DNA from: a virus
Reading direction: 5' to 3' (one strand)
Length of the DNA: 64,000 bases
IMG/VR virus record: IMGVR_UViG_3300021960_000018
The notes beneath the pieces were generated by a model. That model was given only the letters and a program-made list of their open reading frames with translations. It ran no database searches and was not told where the DNA came from. Positions 37,343 through 47,715 of the stretch are shown piece after piece; within the stretch, counting starts at the first letter, position 1; each line of letters starts with the position of its first letter. Both the position numbers and the translations under genes were made by a program.

Positions 37343-37706
37343 CTTTATAAACCTTCTGTTTCAATAAATTTAATTGTTCTTCACTTAGAAGGGTCAAGGC
37401 TTGTTTGGCTTTTTCATTACTATAGCCATAATATTCCTTGACAACTTCCAAATCACTTTCTTTGACAGGCTTAGCCCATTTTGAGAAGCGCTTCCGCTTT
37501 CTAATAGTATTTATAAAAAAATGAAATTGAAGTTTTTTATCAAGGTGATGGTATTGGTTCATCTCATTAGCGAAAAGAACCGTATCAGGAAAATAACTTA
37601 GCGATCTATTGATCATGAACGGGATATATGATTTCTCAGTGATATCATCTACCATGATATCCTTTTTGGTCATATTAATAGAATTTAGGTAATCATAAGG
37701 ATTCAT
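37329..37706 (-). CDS. 62: Clamp loader small subunit (gp62)
   Basis: PFMINRSLS, NEMN, KRKRFSKW, YYGYSNEKA. Confidence 0.92.
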   Translation of the reverse strand: MNPYDYLNSINMTKKDIMVDDITEKSYIPFMINRSLSYFPDTVLFANEMNQYHHLDKKLQFHFFINTIRKRKRFSKWAKPVKESDLEVVKEYYGYSNEKAKQALTLLSEEQLNLLKQKVYKGGRK

Positions 37707-37912
37707 TTAGCCGTCCATAATCTATCTAGCACAAAAAACCATACCGCGTTTAGTAATGGTTCTACTATAGCATCCGTCAAAGCAATATAAAACGGTGCGC
37801 CAGTGAAATACATAACACAAGCTGCAGCAATTAAAAAGTGTCCAATAGTATATATGCCGGTCCGCAGTAAAGTGCCTTTTAAAGTATTATAAGATTTTGT
37901 AAATTCACTCAT
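37703..37912 (-). CDS. DUF2061-like small membrane protein
   Basis: Two TM segments; EP..N.VWFF..DR.W. Confidence 0.6.
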   Translation of the reverse strand: MSEFTKSYNTLKGTLLRTGIYTIGHFLIAAACVMYFTGAPFYIALTDAIVEPLLNAVWFFVLDRLWTAK

Positions 37913-38511
37913 TAGAATGGGATTTCATCAATTAGAAGTCGTGACACATATTGAATACGCATTACATCCATAACTACATCATGTCTAGGATCATGGGCAA
38001 TAAATTTGGATTCAAGCCCATCAGGAATAAACTTATCACTAATATCTTGCCCCCAAGTCATTCCATTCAATAGACTTTTAGTATCACGAATAACCCACCA
38101 CTTATGTGGCATAGGATCTCCAAACTGGGAACAAATATACTGAACAAATACCGGATCAAACGTATTGTTACGAGTAAAAGCCATATCTACATCAGATGAA
38201 GTATTGGATACAAACCAACTATATAGTTCCGAGATATCAACATCATCGGGCGTTGGTGTTAGCTGCTTTTGGGCTTCTGGACCTTGATTCTTCCACCAAT
38301 TCAAAGTGTCAGTACAGATAGTTCGACCATATTTCTTTACCTGTGATTCTACATCAAACTTGAGGAATTGTACATCCCCAATTAGTTCATCCCACTCATA
38401 TGCTTTACCATGCATAAGACGGTTCATATCAAAGTTAAGAAGTGCAATTGATACTATCACACCTCGATGCTGATCTTGGCTCAGCGTTTCAATATCATAA
38501 ATGATAGCCAT
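37912..38511 (-). CDS. DexA-like DEDD 3'-5' exonuclease
   Basis: YDIETL, TLNWW, RNNTFD, HDPRHD. Confidence 0.8.
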   Translation of the reverse strand: MAIIYDIETLSQDQHRGVIVSIALLNFDMNRLMHGKAYEWDELIGDVQFLKFDVESQVKKYGRTICTDTLNWWKNQGPEAQKQLTPTPDDVDISELYSWFVSNTSSDVDMAFTRNNTFDPVFVQYICSQFGDPMPHKWWVIRDTKSLLNGMTWGQDISDKFIPDGLESKFIAHDPRHDVVMDVMRIQYVSRLLIDEIPF

Positions 38512-39449
38512 TATGTAAACTCCACGTTGGACATAATCTCTGTCATGCAAGCTACGATGTTTAGTTCGTGGTCTGCGACAAAGGCGTTTTTATATTGGTA
38601 ATCTGCAAGTATGAGTACAAGTGCAGGAATAGATTGCGGCTTGACCTTATCGTTCATACGGTCATAGATCGCACGGAAGATAGCAGAAGCATCTGTGTCG
38701 ATGTTATCTACCACCCACTTACGCATATTCTTAAAGTCTTTATCCTTTAGGTAAGTGAACAAAGATTCGTATGAAGTATCGCTCACGCTCGCGAGCACGC
38801 CCGAATCAATCTTACCCGAAATACTATAGCGCTGACATTCGTTAATAACACGACGCCAATCAGGGGCATGCTTGATAATTAGATCTGCAACTGCTTTGGT
38901 ATCATACTGAATCTTTTCAGATTCGAGGATGTGTTTCATACGCTCGAAGAATACAGCCGCAAGACCAGCCATCTCCTTACGGGTAGTATTAAATTCGTAT
39001 ACCGAACACCGTGAGTGCAGGGGTTCGATAATACGGTTCTTAAAGTTAGCTGTAAGGATAAACCGACAGTTATTAGCAAACTCTTCGATAAATCCACGAA
39101 GAGCTGGTTGAGTAGACTGTGGGTTAAGATAATCAGCCTCATCAAGGATAACTACTTTGTAGCCGCCTTGTAGTGAAATAGTAGAGGCAAACTGACGGAT
39201 CTTACCACGAAGGGTTTCGATATTACCTTCTTCGGATCCGTTAACATATAGGTAATCAAGACCAAGCTCGTTACACAATGCACGAGCTACAGTGGTCTTA
39301 CCGAGACCCGCCGTACCTGTAAACAGCATATTAGGGAGTTGGCCAGTTGAAGCCAACTCCACAAAAGTCTTTTTCAGACTAGGTGGGAGAACAGTATCTT
39401 CGATCTTACGAGGACGATACTTTTCTACCCACAAAAAGTCATTCGACAT
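38511..39449 (-). CDS. 44: Clamp loader large subunit (gp44)
   Basis: WVEKYRP, GLGKTT, DEAD, SRC. Confidence 0.96.
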   Translation of the reverse strand: MSNDFLWVEKYRPRKIEDTVLPPSLKKTFVELASTGQLPNMLFTGTAGLGKTTVARALCNELGLDYLYVNGSEEGNIETLRGKIRQFASTISLQGGYKVVILDEADYLNPQSTQPALRGFIEEFANNCRFILTANFKNRIIEPLHSRCSVYEFNTTRKEMAGLAAVFFERMKHILESEKIQYDTKAVADLIIKHAPDWRRVINECQRYSISGKIDSGVLASVSDTSYESLFTYLKDKDFKNMRKWVVDNIDTDASAIFRAIYDRMNDKVKPQSIPALVLILADYQYKNAFVADHELNIVACMTEIMSNVEFT

Positions 39450-39482
39450 ATATTCACCTTTTCATAATATAATAGAGTAAGA

Positions 39483-39665
39483 TTACTCAGATTCAGTTGC
39501 ACTCAGTGCTGCTTCGGCCAGTTGGATCAGATTGGTGCATTGATCACGGAGACGGCCAATAGTAGATAGCTCTTCCCCTTTAAAGGCACCACGAGCAGTG
39601 ATAGTATCAATAACCGCGATGGTGCTGCGAGCAACCTGGTTGGCGTTATTTGCAAGGTCAGACAT
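39483..39665 (-). CDS. Small hypothetical protein
   Basis: ID....RGAFKGEEL..IG.LR. Confidence 0.7.
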   Translation of the reverse strand: MSDLANNANQVARSTIAVIDTITARGAFKGEELSTIGRLRDQCTNLIQLAEAALSATESE

Positions 39666-39670
39666 AATGA

Positions 39671-40357
39671 TTAATCTCCATATTTAGATGTTTTTTCTAG
39701 CGCTACGAAATATTCAATCGGAAGGTCTGAATCCTCCGATGTGAAATGGGAAATAAGTTTGGAAGAAATCGCTACGTTGTAGTTAGTAGGGATAAGCTTC
39801 TTTAGGTTGTTGATATTGAACACCAGCGAGAAGTTGGTGCCTGCTTCATATTTACCGGGGATATCAATAGAAAATGTGTTACTAGTAGCATTTTCTTTGT
39901 CAAAGATTGTCATCGTAATCACTCCGTTCGATGGAGTAATTGCGACCTCACTATGACCGAGAGCAGATGCAGCAGACTTAATCCTGGAAAGGGTTTCAGT
40001 ATCAAGGCGGAACTCTACATCAACTGGTGGCATAATTACGTTACGAGTAGGTGATGTGAGCATTTCCGGGTCAGAGAAATAGTACTTAATCTTAGACCTA
40101 CCGCTACCATCACTAATGGTAGCAAAGCCCGCATCGGGCTTAAAGGTCGGACTGTCGACAAGATTTAGTACACCTAGAAACTCGTTAAGATCATAGATGC
40201 CAAATCGAGAAGGAAATGTGTCCTTTAGGGTAGCAGTTGCAAAGACGTTCTTTGCCTCTGAAACGGTCTTAATCGTATTGCCTTGGTCGATCACAATGTT
40301 AGAATTGATCTGAGCAAAGTTCTTAAGAACCTGAATGGTGGTGTCATTTAGTTGCAT
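39671..40357 (-). CDS. 45: Sliding clamp (gp45)
   Basis: LKNFAQIN, FGIYDLNEFL, YFVALE. Confidence 0.94.
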   Translation of the reverse strand: MQLNDTTIQVLKNFAQINSNIVIDQGNTIKTVSEAKNVFATATLKDTFPSRFGIYDLNEFLGVLNLVDSPTFKPDAGFATISDGSGRSKIKYYFSDPEMLTSPTRNVIMPPVDVEFRLDTETLSRIKSAASALGHSEVAITPSNGVITMTIFDKENATSNTFSIDIPGKYEAGTNFSLVFNINNLKKLIPTNYNVAISSKLISHFTSEDSDLPIEYFVALEKTSKYGD

Positions 40358-40383
40358 TATAAACTCCGTATGATGTGTGTTCC

Positions 40384-40413
40384 ATTATACTATATAACGT
40401 ACGATGTGTAAAC
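40384..40413 (-). promoter_or_regulatory. Early promoter TTTACA-N17-TATAAT
   Basis: Exact spacing upstream of gp45. Confidence 0.8.
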
Positions 40414-40415
40414 CG

Positions 40416-42134
40416 TTAAGCTGCCAATTTAGAGAAATTTTTCTCTTTTACAAATTCAAGCTTACGTTGGAACTTATTGTCTAGTATTTCACCCTTATGG
40501 CTGATTACAAAGGTATTGGTCTCATCATCAAGGGTGTATAGAATCTTCATTAGGTTATCCACCCCATCATGATCCAATGAAGAGTCAAAGGTCTCATCAA
40601 GGATTAATAGGTTGGTAGAAATACTGTTTTTCATCTTGGCAATCATTCTCCAAGTAAACAGCAATGATAGGTCGATCCTCTGCTTTTCACCTTCAGAAAA
40701 CGAATCATACGTAAACGTGTCACGGTGGCGGGATCGAATAGTCTCGCTAAATTCTTCGTTGAGGTTAAAGTGTACAAAGAAGTCCAATGTTTGTAGGTAC
40801 TGATTAACCAGTTTATTGATCACAGGAAGATATTGCTTAATGATCTTGGTCTTAATACCGGTATCCTTTAGCATCTCTGCAATAACAGAATTATAACTAT
40901 AGGTCTCATTCTGCTTAAATTTTTCTTCGCGTAGGTTATCTCGCTCGGTCTTCATCGTTTCCAGATCCGACTTAGCAGTACCAAGATCGCCCTCGCGCGC
41001 GGTCAGGCGCTCGATATCTTTATTTAATGCATCAATAGTCTTTTGTAGTCTACCGATCTCTTGATTGTTAGCATTGATCTTAGACTGTGTATTACGAATC
41101 TCTTCAGCTTTAAGTGTAAACTCGTCTATAGTTTTCGTAATTTTTGCTGCTTCTTCGTCTGCTTTTTCAAGGGCCGATTTGAGCGTCGATGCGCTGCTTC
41201 TAGCTTCCGCAAGCTTTGTCTCAACGAGGGACTCGGTAATTTCTTGCTTACAAGTCGGGCATGAGGTGTTCGACTCGTAGAACTTTGCATCCTTGACAAG
41301 GGCTTCCATTCGTAGATTAAAAGTGGACCGATATTGTAAGAGGGCTTGCTTTTGGTCGTGACCTTTTTTAAGCGCTTCATTAACGGTTTCCTGATGTTGT
41401 AAAATGTAATCAGAGTGCGTCGAGTTTTCTGCTTGGAGCCGCTTAATCTCGTCCCGAGTCTGTTGGATAGTAGATTGTTTTTCATTAATCTCTTCCTCGT
41501 TCATGGCATTAATGTCACGAATATACTTGTTCTGAGTATCTATACGATTCTGGTTTAGATCGAGCTGATATGTTAAATCCTTTAGAGATTCTTTAATCAA
41601 CGCCTGCTTTTCTTTTATCAATACATTCATTTTAGAGAATACATTGATATCTAAAAGATCCTCGATAACATCTCTACGATGTTGTGCGGAGAGTTGCATA
41701 AAGGGGATAAACGAAGAGCTACCAAGGACTACGATCTGATGGAATGACTTATGTGTCATTTTTAGGATGTTTTGTTCTAGTACCTTTTGATATTCGCGCG
41801 AATGAGCTTCTTGGTTGACCAGATCCGATCCTTTCCAGATCTCAAACACTTGCGGCTTTAGTCCACGAACAATCTTAAAGGTGGAAGATCCTACTGTGAA
41901 AACTACTTCAACCTTACAGTCTTTGTTGTTAATTGTATTAACTAACTGAGGTTTGTTGATGTTACGATGGGGTTTACCGAACAAGGCAAAAGACAATGCA
42001 TCTAGCATTGTTGATTTACCAGCACCATTCTGACCAACAATAAGCGTGGACTTAGTGGCCGTTAGATCCATCTCAGTCCAGTTATTGCCAGTGCTTAGGA
42101 AATTCTTCCATCGCAAAGTCTTAAATTTTATCAT
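40416..42134 (-). CDS. 46: Rad50-like recombination ATPase (gp46)
   Basis: GQNGAGKS, CPTC hook, FSEGE, LDE. Confidence 0.96.
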   Translation of the reverse strand: MIKFKTLRWKNFLSTGNNWTEMDLTATKSTLIVGQNGAGKSTMLDALSFALFGKPHRNINKPQLVNTINNKDCKVEVVFTVGSSTFKIVRGLKPQVFEIWKGSDLVNQEAHSREYQKVLEQNILKMTHKSFHQIVVLGSSSFIPFMQLSAQHRRDVIEDLLDINVFSKMNVLIKEKQALIKESLKDLTYQLDLNQNRIDTQNKYIRDINAMNEEEINEKQSTIQQTRDEIKRLQAENSTHSDYILQHQETVNEALKKGHDQKQALLQYRSTFNLRMEALVKDAKFYESNTSCPTCKQEITESLVETKLAEARSSASTLKSALEKADEEAAKITKTIDEFTLKAEEIRNTQSKINANNQEIGRLQKTIDALNKDIERLTAREGDLGTAKSDLETMKTERDNLREEKFKQNETYSYNSVIAEMLKDTGIKTKIIKQYLPVINKLVNQYLQTLDFFVHFNLNEEFSETIRSRHRDTFTYDSFSEGEKQRIDLSLLFTWRMIAKMKNSISTNLLILDETFDSSLDHDGVDNLMKILYTLDDETNTFVISHKGEILDNKFQRKLEFVKEKNFSKLAA

Positions 42135-43192
42135 GCAATCTCAAGCGCCTGTGCTTCTGTCAATAGGTTTCTCATACTCAATTTAATACGATCTTTATCA
42201 AGATCAGTATCTACACCGTCTACATAGGAATCTAGAAGCGTTTCGGTTTCTTCCAACTGAATGCCTTCATCATCTACATTTTCACCGATAAACTCATTAA
42301 AGTTCTCGGCGATCTGCAGACCGTGAATCTTACGTGCTTGTATTGTATCAACAAATCTATCAAATGTAAATAGGTCTGACTTGTTAATTACCACAATTTT
42401 TACAAATTTATTCTCTACTGACCCGAAGTCAAAATCCATCGGATCCCCTGCAGTATCATCGTAGCGGATACGCTGAAAAAGAGTATGGGGATTACGAACT
42501 CTCTCAAGGCCACGCGTAGCCGTGTCCAAAATGTGGAAGTGTTTGGGGTCGTGTGCGTCGTTCCAGTAGAACTCCATTTGGGTCCCAAGATATTTGACAT
42601 TGCCCTTCTCCGATGCCGTGTGGAAGTGGCCTGATAAGACTTGTTCAAATCGGTTAAATAAATCTGCCTCCATTCCTCCATGGTGCTGGACGCCTTTCAT
42701 AACCTCGAATCCATTTAATTCTAAGTGTCCTCCAAGCCAATCCGCTTTACAGGTTTTAATGAATTGTATAGATCGATCATAGTTATCTGCACAGATCCAT
42801 GGTAGCAAAGCAATTCGCATCCCATCATATTCTACTACCGTAGGATCCATATGAATAGTTACCTCGCCCATATAGTGGCCGAGTAATTCCTTTAATGCAT
42901 TTAGATCATTGGTATTCTTATAATACGTATCATGGTTGCCAGGAATAACGTCCATGTGCATACCATATTCTCTTAGCCTACTAAGAAAGTTCTTACGGTA
43001 ATTGTTAAGAGCACGGAAGTTGATAAACTTCCTGTTATCAAAAACATCGCCAAGGTGAATGATCCGACGAATACCATGTTCCAAAAGATAAGGAAAAAAT
43101 ACATCAGAATAAAATTTCTCTGCATTATCGAGAAATACGTCAGAGCTATTGCGAATGCCACAATGAGTATCATTGATAATTGCTACCTTCAT
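42131..43192 (-). CDS. 47: Mre11-like nuclease (gp47)
   Basis: DTH, GD.FD, GNHD, GHFH. Confidence 0.96.
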   Translation of the reverse strand: MKVAIINDTHCGIRNSSDVFLDNAEKFYSDVFFPYLLEHGIRRIIHLGDVFDNRKFINFRALNNYRKNFLSRLREYGMHMDVIPGNHDTYYKNTNDLNALKELLGHYMGEVTIHMDPTVVEYDGMRIALLPWICADNYDRSIQFIKTCKADWLGGHLELNGFEVMKGVQHHGGMEADLFNRFEQVLSGHFHTASEKGNVKYLGTQMEFYWNDAHDPKHFHILDTATRGLERVRNPHTLFQRIRYDDTAGDPMDFDFGSVENKFVKIVVINKSDLFTFDRFVDTIQARKIHGLQIAENFNEFIGENVDDEGIQLEETETLLDSYVDGVDTDLDKDRIKLSMRNLLTEAQALEIA

Positions 43193-43764
43193 ATAAAGAA
43201 CTCCGATAGATCAGAATCAACCTTAACTGAGCGTTTACGTCTTTCCCTCTTCTTATAATCCTTGACCTTTTGGTCATAGTCTTTAACCTTATCAATACGA
43301 TCTTTAAGTTGATCCACGAAGGAATTCATAATAGGATTGTTTAGATCTTCATCGTCAATAAAGTTTTCTACACCCGATTCTGCGATGTATCGTAGTTTAA
43401 CGTCTTGCTGCTTTTTTTCCTTCTCGATCCGGCGAAGGAAAGCATACCAGGAAATCTGTGTAAAGTATGCAAATGCATTTGGATTACCTGTACGTGTGGC
43501 AGCTTCAATATTGTAGTTTTCAATGGCTTTTAGACAATTCTCAACGGCATCCATAACCATCTCTTCACGATAGGTATAACGGATGAAATTCGATTTATGT
43601 GAAAGTCCTTCTGCGATTCTTAGAAAACAGACTGCAATATAATCTGGTACGATTGGTATCTCTTGCTTGAGTTTCTTTGCATCGGTGATTTGTTCAACAT
43701 ACTTTACAACAGCCCTAGAAAAGTCAGCATTGTTAACATAATGAATGCTTTGTTTTTTGGCCAT
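43189..43764 (-). CDS. 55: Late-transcription sigma factor (gp55)
   Basis: HYVNN, NF..YTY.EEM..D, NAFAYFTQI. Confidence 0.95.
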   Translation of the reverse strand: MAKKQSIHYVNNADFSRAVVKYVEQITDAKKLKQEIPIVPDYIAVCFLRIAEGLSHKSNFIRYTYREEMVMDAVENCLKAIENYNIEAATRTGNPNAFAYFTQISWYAFLRRIEKEKKQQDVKLRYIAESGVENFIDDEDLNNPIMNSFVDQLKDRIDKVKDYDQKVKDYKKRERRKRSVKVDSDLSEFFI

Positions 43765-43792
43765 TGAATGTTACTCCTCTCATAACTATATA

Positions 43793-43865
43793 ATTCTACC
43801 ACAGGAGAAAAAAATCGTAAATCCCCAAAATAGGGGGTTTACAAAATAAATTTAGTCGGTATAAT
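43793..43865. promoter_or_regulatory. Back-to-back early-type promoters
   Basis: Minus: TTTACG-N17-TAGAAT with TGTGG, toward gp55. Plus: GGGGTTTACA-N16-TATAAT. Confidence 0.65.
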
Positions 43866-44454
43866 ATAAAAGACTTTTTTGGGCAGGATAGAATACTGTC
43901 CCCACGTATTCCTTGATTTTCTGAGCTAAGGGGCCACTATCCTGCGAAACCTCCCCTTCAATAAACACTTTAAAATTAGAAAGTTGACTTTCAACCTTTT
44001 GATTAATCCAATAATCCTCGGGAATAGATTCTAGCATAGTTTTTATAATATCGAAAAAATAATCACTGTTGGGATGATTGTTATATCTATTGTAAAAATA
44101 TTGAATGCCAGGAACAGTAGGATTTTGTTTTAATGTGTTTTCTAAAGTTAATATTTCTTTAAATGAAAGTCTAATAATAATATCATGCCAAGATAGAAAA
44201 TTTTTAATCATAGCAGAATGAAAAGTTCTACTACCATCTAAGGAAAATACATATTCCTTTAGTTCTTCAAATTCATCTAAAAACTGTCCGGCGTATCTAA
44301 GTTTATTGTTCATTTTATAATGATGATCTGAATTTGGAAATTTTTCCATTCTATCAACATTATTCTCAAGATAAGATTCAGCCGCCGAATAACTAGTGTT
44401 AACGGCCACTGCATATCCCGCCATAGGTCCAATACCAACTGCTTCACTTTCCAT
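43852..44454 (-). CDS. Hypothetical protein
   Basis: 200-aa ORF, TAATG coupled to the upstream gene. Confidence 0.65.
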   Translation of the reverse strand: MESEAVGIGPMAGYAVAVNTSYSAAESYLENNVDRMEKFPNSDHHYKMNNKLRYAGQFLDEFEELKEYVFSLDGSRTFHSAMIKNFLSWHDIIIRLSFKEILTLENTLKQNPTVPGIQYFYNRYNNHPNSDYFFDIIKTMLESIPEDYWINQKVESQLSNFKVFIEGEVSQDSGPLAQKIKEYVGTVFYPAQKSLLYYTD

Positions 44455-44855
44455 TAATGTATAGTCTTTCTTCCGTGTAGTAATTCAAATATTTCTTTAG
44501 GATCCATTTCTTCTTCGAATATTTCTTTAGGATCTACTATAACAGGATCTTCTTCAGGTTCTTCATCTTTTTTTAAAAGATCTTTCATAACCCTATCATA
44601 CTGCTTTGTTACGATTTTATTCGGATTCCCTTCAGCAATAATAGTACCAGCATTTAGAATCATTAAATTATCTTCAGCAAACTGATATACCATAAAAGGC
44701 TTAAGCTGGTGGTAAAAATTTCCGTCAGGTCCTAACATAGAATGAACCTTTAAAGGGTTGCGGATAACAATATCTAAACTATCTTCATCTGGCCATTCTA
44801 CGACCAGCGCAATGATTTCTTCACCACTACTAAGTTTAAATTGTTTAAGGTCCAT
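44454..44855 (-). CDS. Conserved uvsW-adjacent protein (possible Sm-like fold)
   Basis: KLSSGEEII N-terminus; position after uvsW. Confidence 0.7.
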   Translation of the reverse strand: MDLKQFKLSSGEEIIALVVEWPDEDSLDIVIRNPLKVHSMLGPDGNFYHQLKPFMVYQFAEDNLMILNAGTIIAEGNPNKIVTKQYDRVMKDLLKKDEEPEEDPVIVDPKEIFEEEMDPKEIFELLHGRKTIH

Positions 44856-44858
44856 GTA

Positions 44859-46355
44859 TTATTCCCCTAGGTTTATTTTATATATGGTATATCTAAACTC
44901 CTGATCCTCATACATTTTTAATCTTTCTGCCCCATGCAAGAAAGCAAAGTTTTTCATTTTTCCTCTGGATATATCGTCGACCAGATCGTACAATCTTGTG
45001 TTAACTCCGGAATCAGACTGTCGAAGACCTCTTCCAATAGACTGCAATACCCTAATTTGTGACTTACTTGGGCTTGCAAATATAATATTATGGAGATTGC
45101 GAATGTTAATACCAGTAGAGAAGGTGCCAAATGACGCAACAATGATAGAATCCTTTTGCTTTTCGACTATTCCGCGGATCGCCTCACGATCTTCAGTATC
45201 AATATCACCACTTACAAAATAAACCTTTCGGTCTTCAGCTGCATTATCTTTTATCATATCAAACAGCGGTCGACCATGTTTATCAACGAATTGGAATAGT
45301 ACGAGGGTGTTTCCCTTTTGATCCAATGCCAAATTTCGAATGAACCGGTTTCTTGCTTCGTTCCTAACTATATAATCTATTTCATCTTGGTATGTCCTTT
45401 TACCCCACGTCGCGCGCACGGGCTCGGGATGATTAAGGACTAACATAGAAATGTCTAGATCTGCTAGGGTGTTATCATCCTGTAGCTTTTTAGTAGTTGT
45501 TACATCAAACACAGGACCGAATAATCCCTCTAGAACCAGTTTATGTGTCTGTGTACCATCTAGCGTTCCGGTAGTACCATATCGATAGGCAGCATATCTG
45601 CACTTATTCATAATAGAGGTCAGGGACTTTGATTTAAACCCGTGACACTCATCTCCAAATACTGCACCGAATTGTTCGAACCATTTGCCAGGTAACTTGT
45701 AGATAGACTGCCAAGTAGAAATAATAACCTTCTTACGTGTATCTTTATCTTTACCTGAATAGATTCGATGTGCATTCGTTTCTACATCATAACCATAATC
45801 TTTAAAATCATCATACATCTGTTCCACTAGAGATGTGGTAGGAACAATGACCAATACTTTTTCTTCACTAAGATGCTCGGTGAAATATCTCATCATGGTA
45901 TAGATGATTAAAGACTTACCCGATCCAGTAGGTGATAAAAGGATCGCTCGCTTATTCGTAAGGCCCCTAAAAACAGCGCTATACTGATAGTCTCTAATTT
46001 CTATGGGGTTACCCTTAGACCTAAGTTCTAGATTACGAATATACTCAGAAAGATTCTTAGGATCTATAGTATTTTTATCAGTAGGATATCCAGCCGTACC
46101 TTCTTCTAGATCAATTTCATAACCACGATCTTTAGAAAATTTAACTAGGTAATTATATAACCCAACGGGTAGCTCGTAAGTGTTACGGTTAAAAAGTCTA
46201 ACCTTACCGTCCCATACCTTATTCTTGTACGCGGGCATAAATTTATAGCCAGGAACAAAGAACGAAAAGAATTCGTTAAGTTCCATGGCAATACCACTAT
46301 TACAACTTAGCTGTAAGTTTACGTGGCTATTCTTCTGTACAAGAATTTTTTCCAT
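44859..46355 (-). CDS. uvsW: UvsW SF2 helicase
   Basis: RDYQ, SPTGSGKS, DECH, QSIGRGLR. Confidence 0.96.
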   Translation of the reverse strand: MEKILVQKNSHVNLQLSCNSGIAMELNEFFSFFVPGYKFMPAYKNKVWDGKVRLFNRNTYELPVGLYNYLVKFSKDRGYEIDLEEGTAGYPTDKNTIDPKNLSEYIRNLELRSKGNPIEIRDYQYSAVFRGLTNKRAILLSPTGSGKSLIIYTMMRYFTEHLSEEKVLVIVPTTSLVEQMYDDFKDYGYDVETNAHRIYSGKDKDTRKKVIISTWQSIYKLPGKWFEQFGAVFGDECHGFKSKSLTSIMNKCRYAAYRYGTTGTLDGTQTHKLVLEGLFGPVFDVTTTKKLQDDNTLADLDISMLVLNHPEPVRATWGKRTYQDEIDYIVRNEARNRFIRNLALDQKGNTLVLFQFVDKHGRPLFDMIKDNAAEDRKVYFVSGDIDTEDREAIRGIVEKQKDSIIVASFGTFSTGINIRNLHNIIFASPSKSQIRVLQSIGRGLRQSDSGVNTRLYDLVDDISRGKMKNFAFLHGAERLKMYEDQEFRYTIYKINLGE

Positions 46356-46801
46356 TACGATCCTGCTTGGAATTTACGCCATTCAATCATGTTACGGATT
46401 GTCTGGTGTCTCCATTTGACACTATCTAAAATTTCTTTTAGTGTGTCAACGGTAGTCTTCCAATATTCAATCTTTTCTTCTGATTTCTGAATGTCAGGAT
46501 CCGCATCATAAAAGCGGTCCATATCTGTTTTAAGTACTTTTAGACCATCGAATGGATCATACTTCCATCCCTTGTCGTCAATAGTAGCGGCATCCATTTT
46601 GCCACCATAATATAACCATTTGTCTTTCAGTATAGTCTTTTGCTCCATCTCGGCTTTTTTTAGCTGTAGCTTTGATAGGGCATGGAGCTGGATATACTTG
46701 GCATGTAACGAAGCTGCCCGGCGGGATTCTTCGTCTAGGTTCATATCATCAATGACAGAGTCTTTCTGCCAATCATTTAGCACATTCTGTAGATCAATCA
46801 A
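46355..46801 (-). CDS. uvsY: UvsY recombination mediator
   Basis: LHAKY, W.YY.GK, IRNMIEWRKF.AG. Confidence 0.92.
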   Translation of the reverse strand: MIDLQNVLNDWQKDSVIDDMNLDEESRRAASLHAKYIQLHALSKLQLKKAEMEQKTILKDKWLYYGGKMDAATIDDKGWKYDPFDGLKVLKTDMDRFYDADPDIQKSEEKIEYWKTTVDTLKEILDSVKWRHQTIRNMIEWRKFQAGS

Positions 46802-46812
46802 ATTTCAATCCT

Positions 46813-47301
46813 TTATGAGACTAGTTCAAAGTATGTATATTTCAAAGTAAGGGGGAAAGTTACGATAGTAGTTGCATCAGCATTTGCTTCCATCTGGATA
46901 TTACCTAAGTTAGTCGGGAAGCAGTCAACGTATCGAATTTCTTGATTTGTATTATTCTTACTGGTTAGGATGCTTAGAGTAACATCCGAGTATGTAGAGT
47001 TAGCGTCTTCTTTTGGCTTTTCTTCATTGTCCATGTTATACTTCATCCAGTTATATAGATCTTTGTAAGACTGAAGATCCTCGTCTGCAATCACATTAAC
47101 CTCAAGTGTACCGTATTCCCATACATCACCAGCGAATGGAACCCCTCTGTAACCTCTGAAGTTTGTAATGGCTTCATTGACAGATACATTTGGGTGTGCT
47201 ACAGACTGGGCAAAGAATGCAAAATTGGCAAAGCGACGTCTATCCACCACAAGCTTGAATCCAGTAGGCTGTAGGTAGTTGATGTTGTTCGTAAGGGCCA
47301 T
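46813..47301 (-). CDS. 3: Tail tube terminator (gp3)
   Basis: NYLQPTGF, DEDL..Y..LYNW, FPTNL; late promoter at 47327-47334. Confidence 0.85.
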   Translation of the reverse strand: MALTNNINYLQPTGFKLVVDRRRFANFAFFAQSVAHPNVSVNEAITNFRGYRGVPFAGDVWEYGTLEVNVIADEDLQSYKDLYNWMKYNMDNEEKPKEDANSTYSDVTLSILTSKNNTNQEIRYVDCFPTNLGNIQMEANADATTIVTFPLTLKYTYFELVS

Positions 47302-47373
47302 AGTTAAACCTCATGTTGCTTACATGTATTTATATGAAAAAAAGTTGGAAAAAAATCGAAAAAAATGCAAAAA

Positions 47374-47408
47374 GGGGGTTTACAAATCAAACGAAAGACC
47401 TTATATCT
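47374..47408 (+). promoter_or_regulatory. Early promoter GGGGTTTACA-N17-TATATC
   Basis: Same flanks (CCTTATAT...ATCAACAA) as the 874/2514/3601 promoters. Confidence 0.75.
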
Positions 47409-47433
47409 ACTATATCAACAAAAGGAACACATC

Positions 47434-47703
47434 ATGACCAAGTTCGATAAAGCACTGATCAACAAAGACGGCGAATACGTTTCCTATGGTGTTGGCGCCA
47501 AGCGCAGGTTTATTGCTCGCTTCAAGCACCGCGGTCCGTTCACCAAGGCGATTTTCCTTAAAGAACTGATCACTAACCACACTGTTGAAAGCTACTTCGC
47601 TGAGATGGAAACCGGTAAAGCTCCTCTCGCTATCCTTCGTGATGCTAATGAGGATTGGTACTACGGTATCCTCGAAAAATTTTCTGGTAAGTCGTTTCGC
47701 TAA
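47434..47703 (+). CDS. Early hypothetical protein
   Basis: Start reassigned to MTKFDK after AAGGA. Confidence 0.75.
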   Translation: MTKFDKALINKDGEYVSYGVGAKRRFIARFKHRGPFTKAIFLKELITNHTVESYFAEMETGKAPLAILRDANEDWYYGILEKFSGKSFR

Positions 47704-47715
47704 GGAGATTATATA

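Noticed and set aside
37508-37515. TATAAATA inside gp62
   Set aside because: Explained by F-I-N-T codons in AT-rich DNA; a late promoter for regA is possible but unsupported
44488-44534. 17-nt direct repeat (DPKEIFE twice)
   Set aside because: Local in-frame duplication in a low-complexity tail
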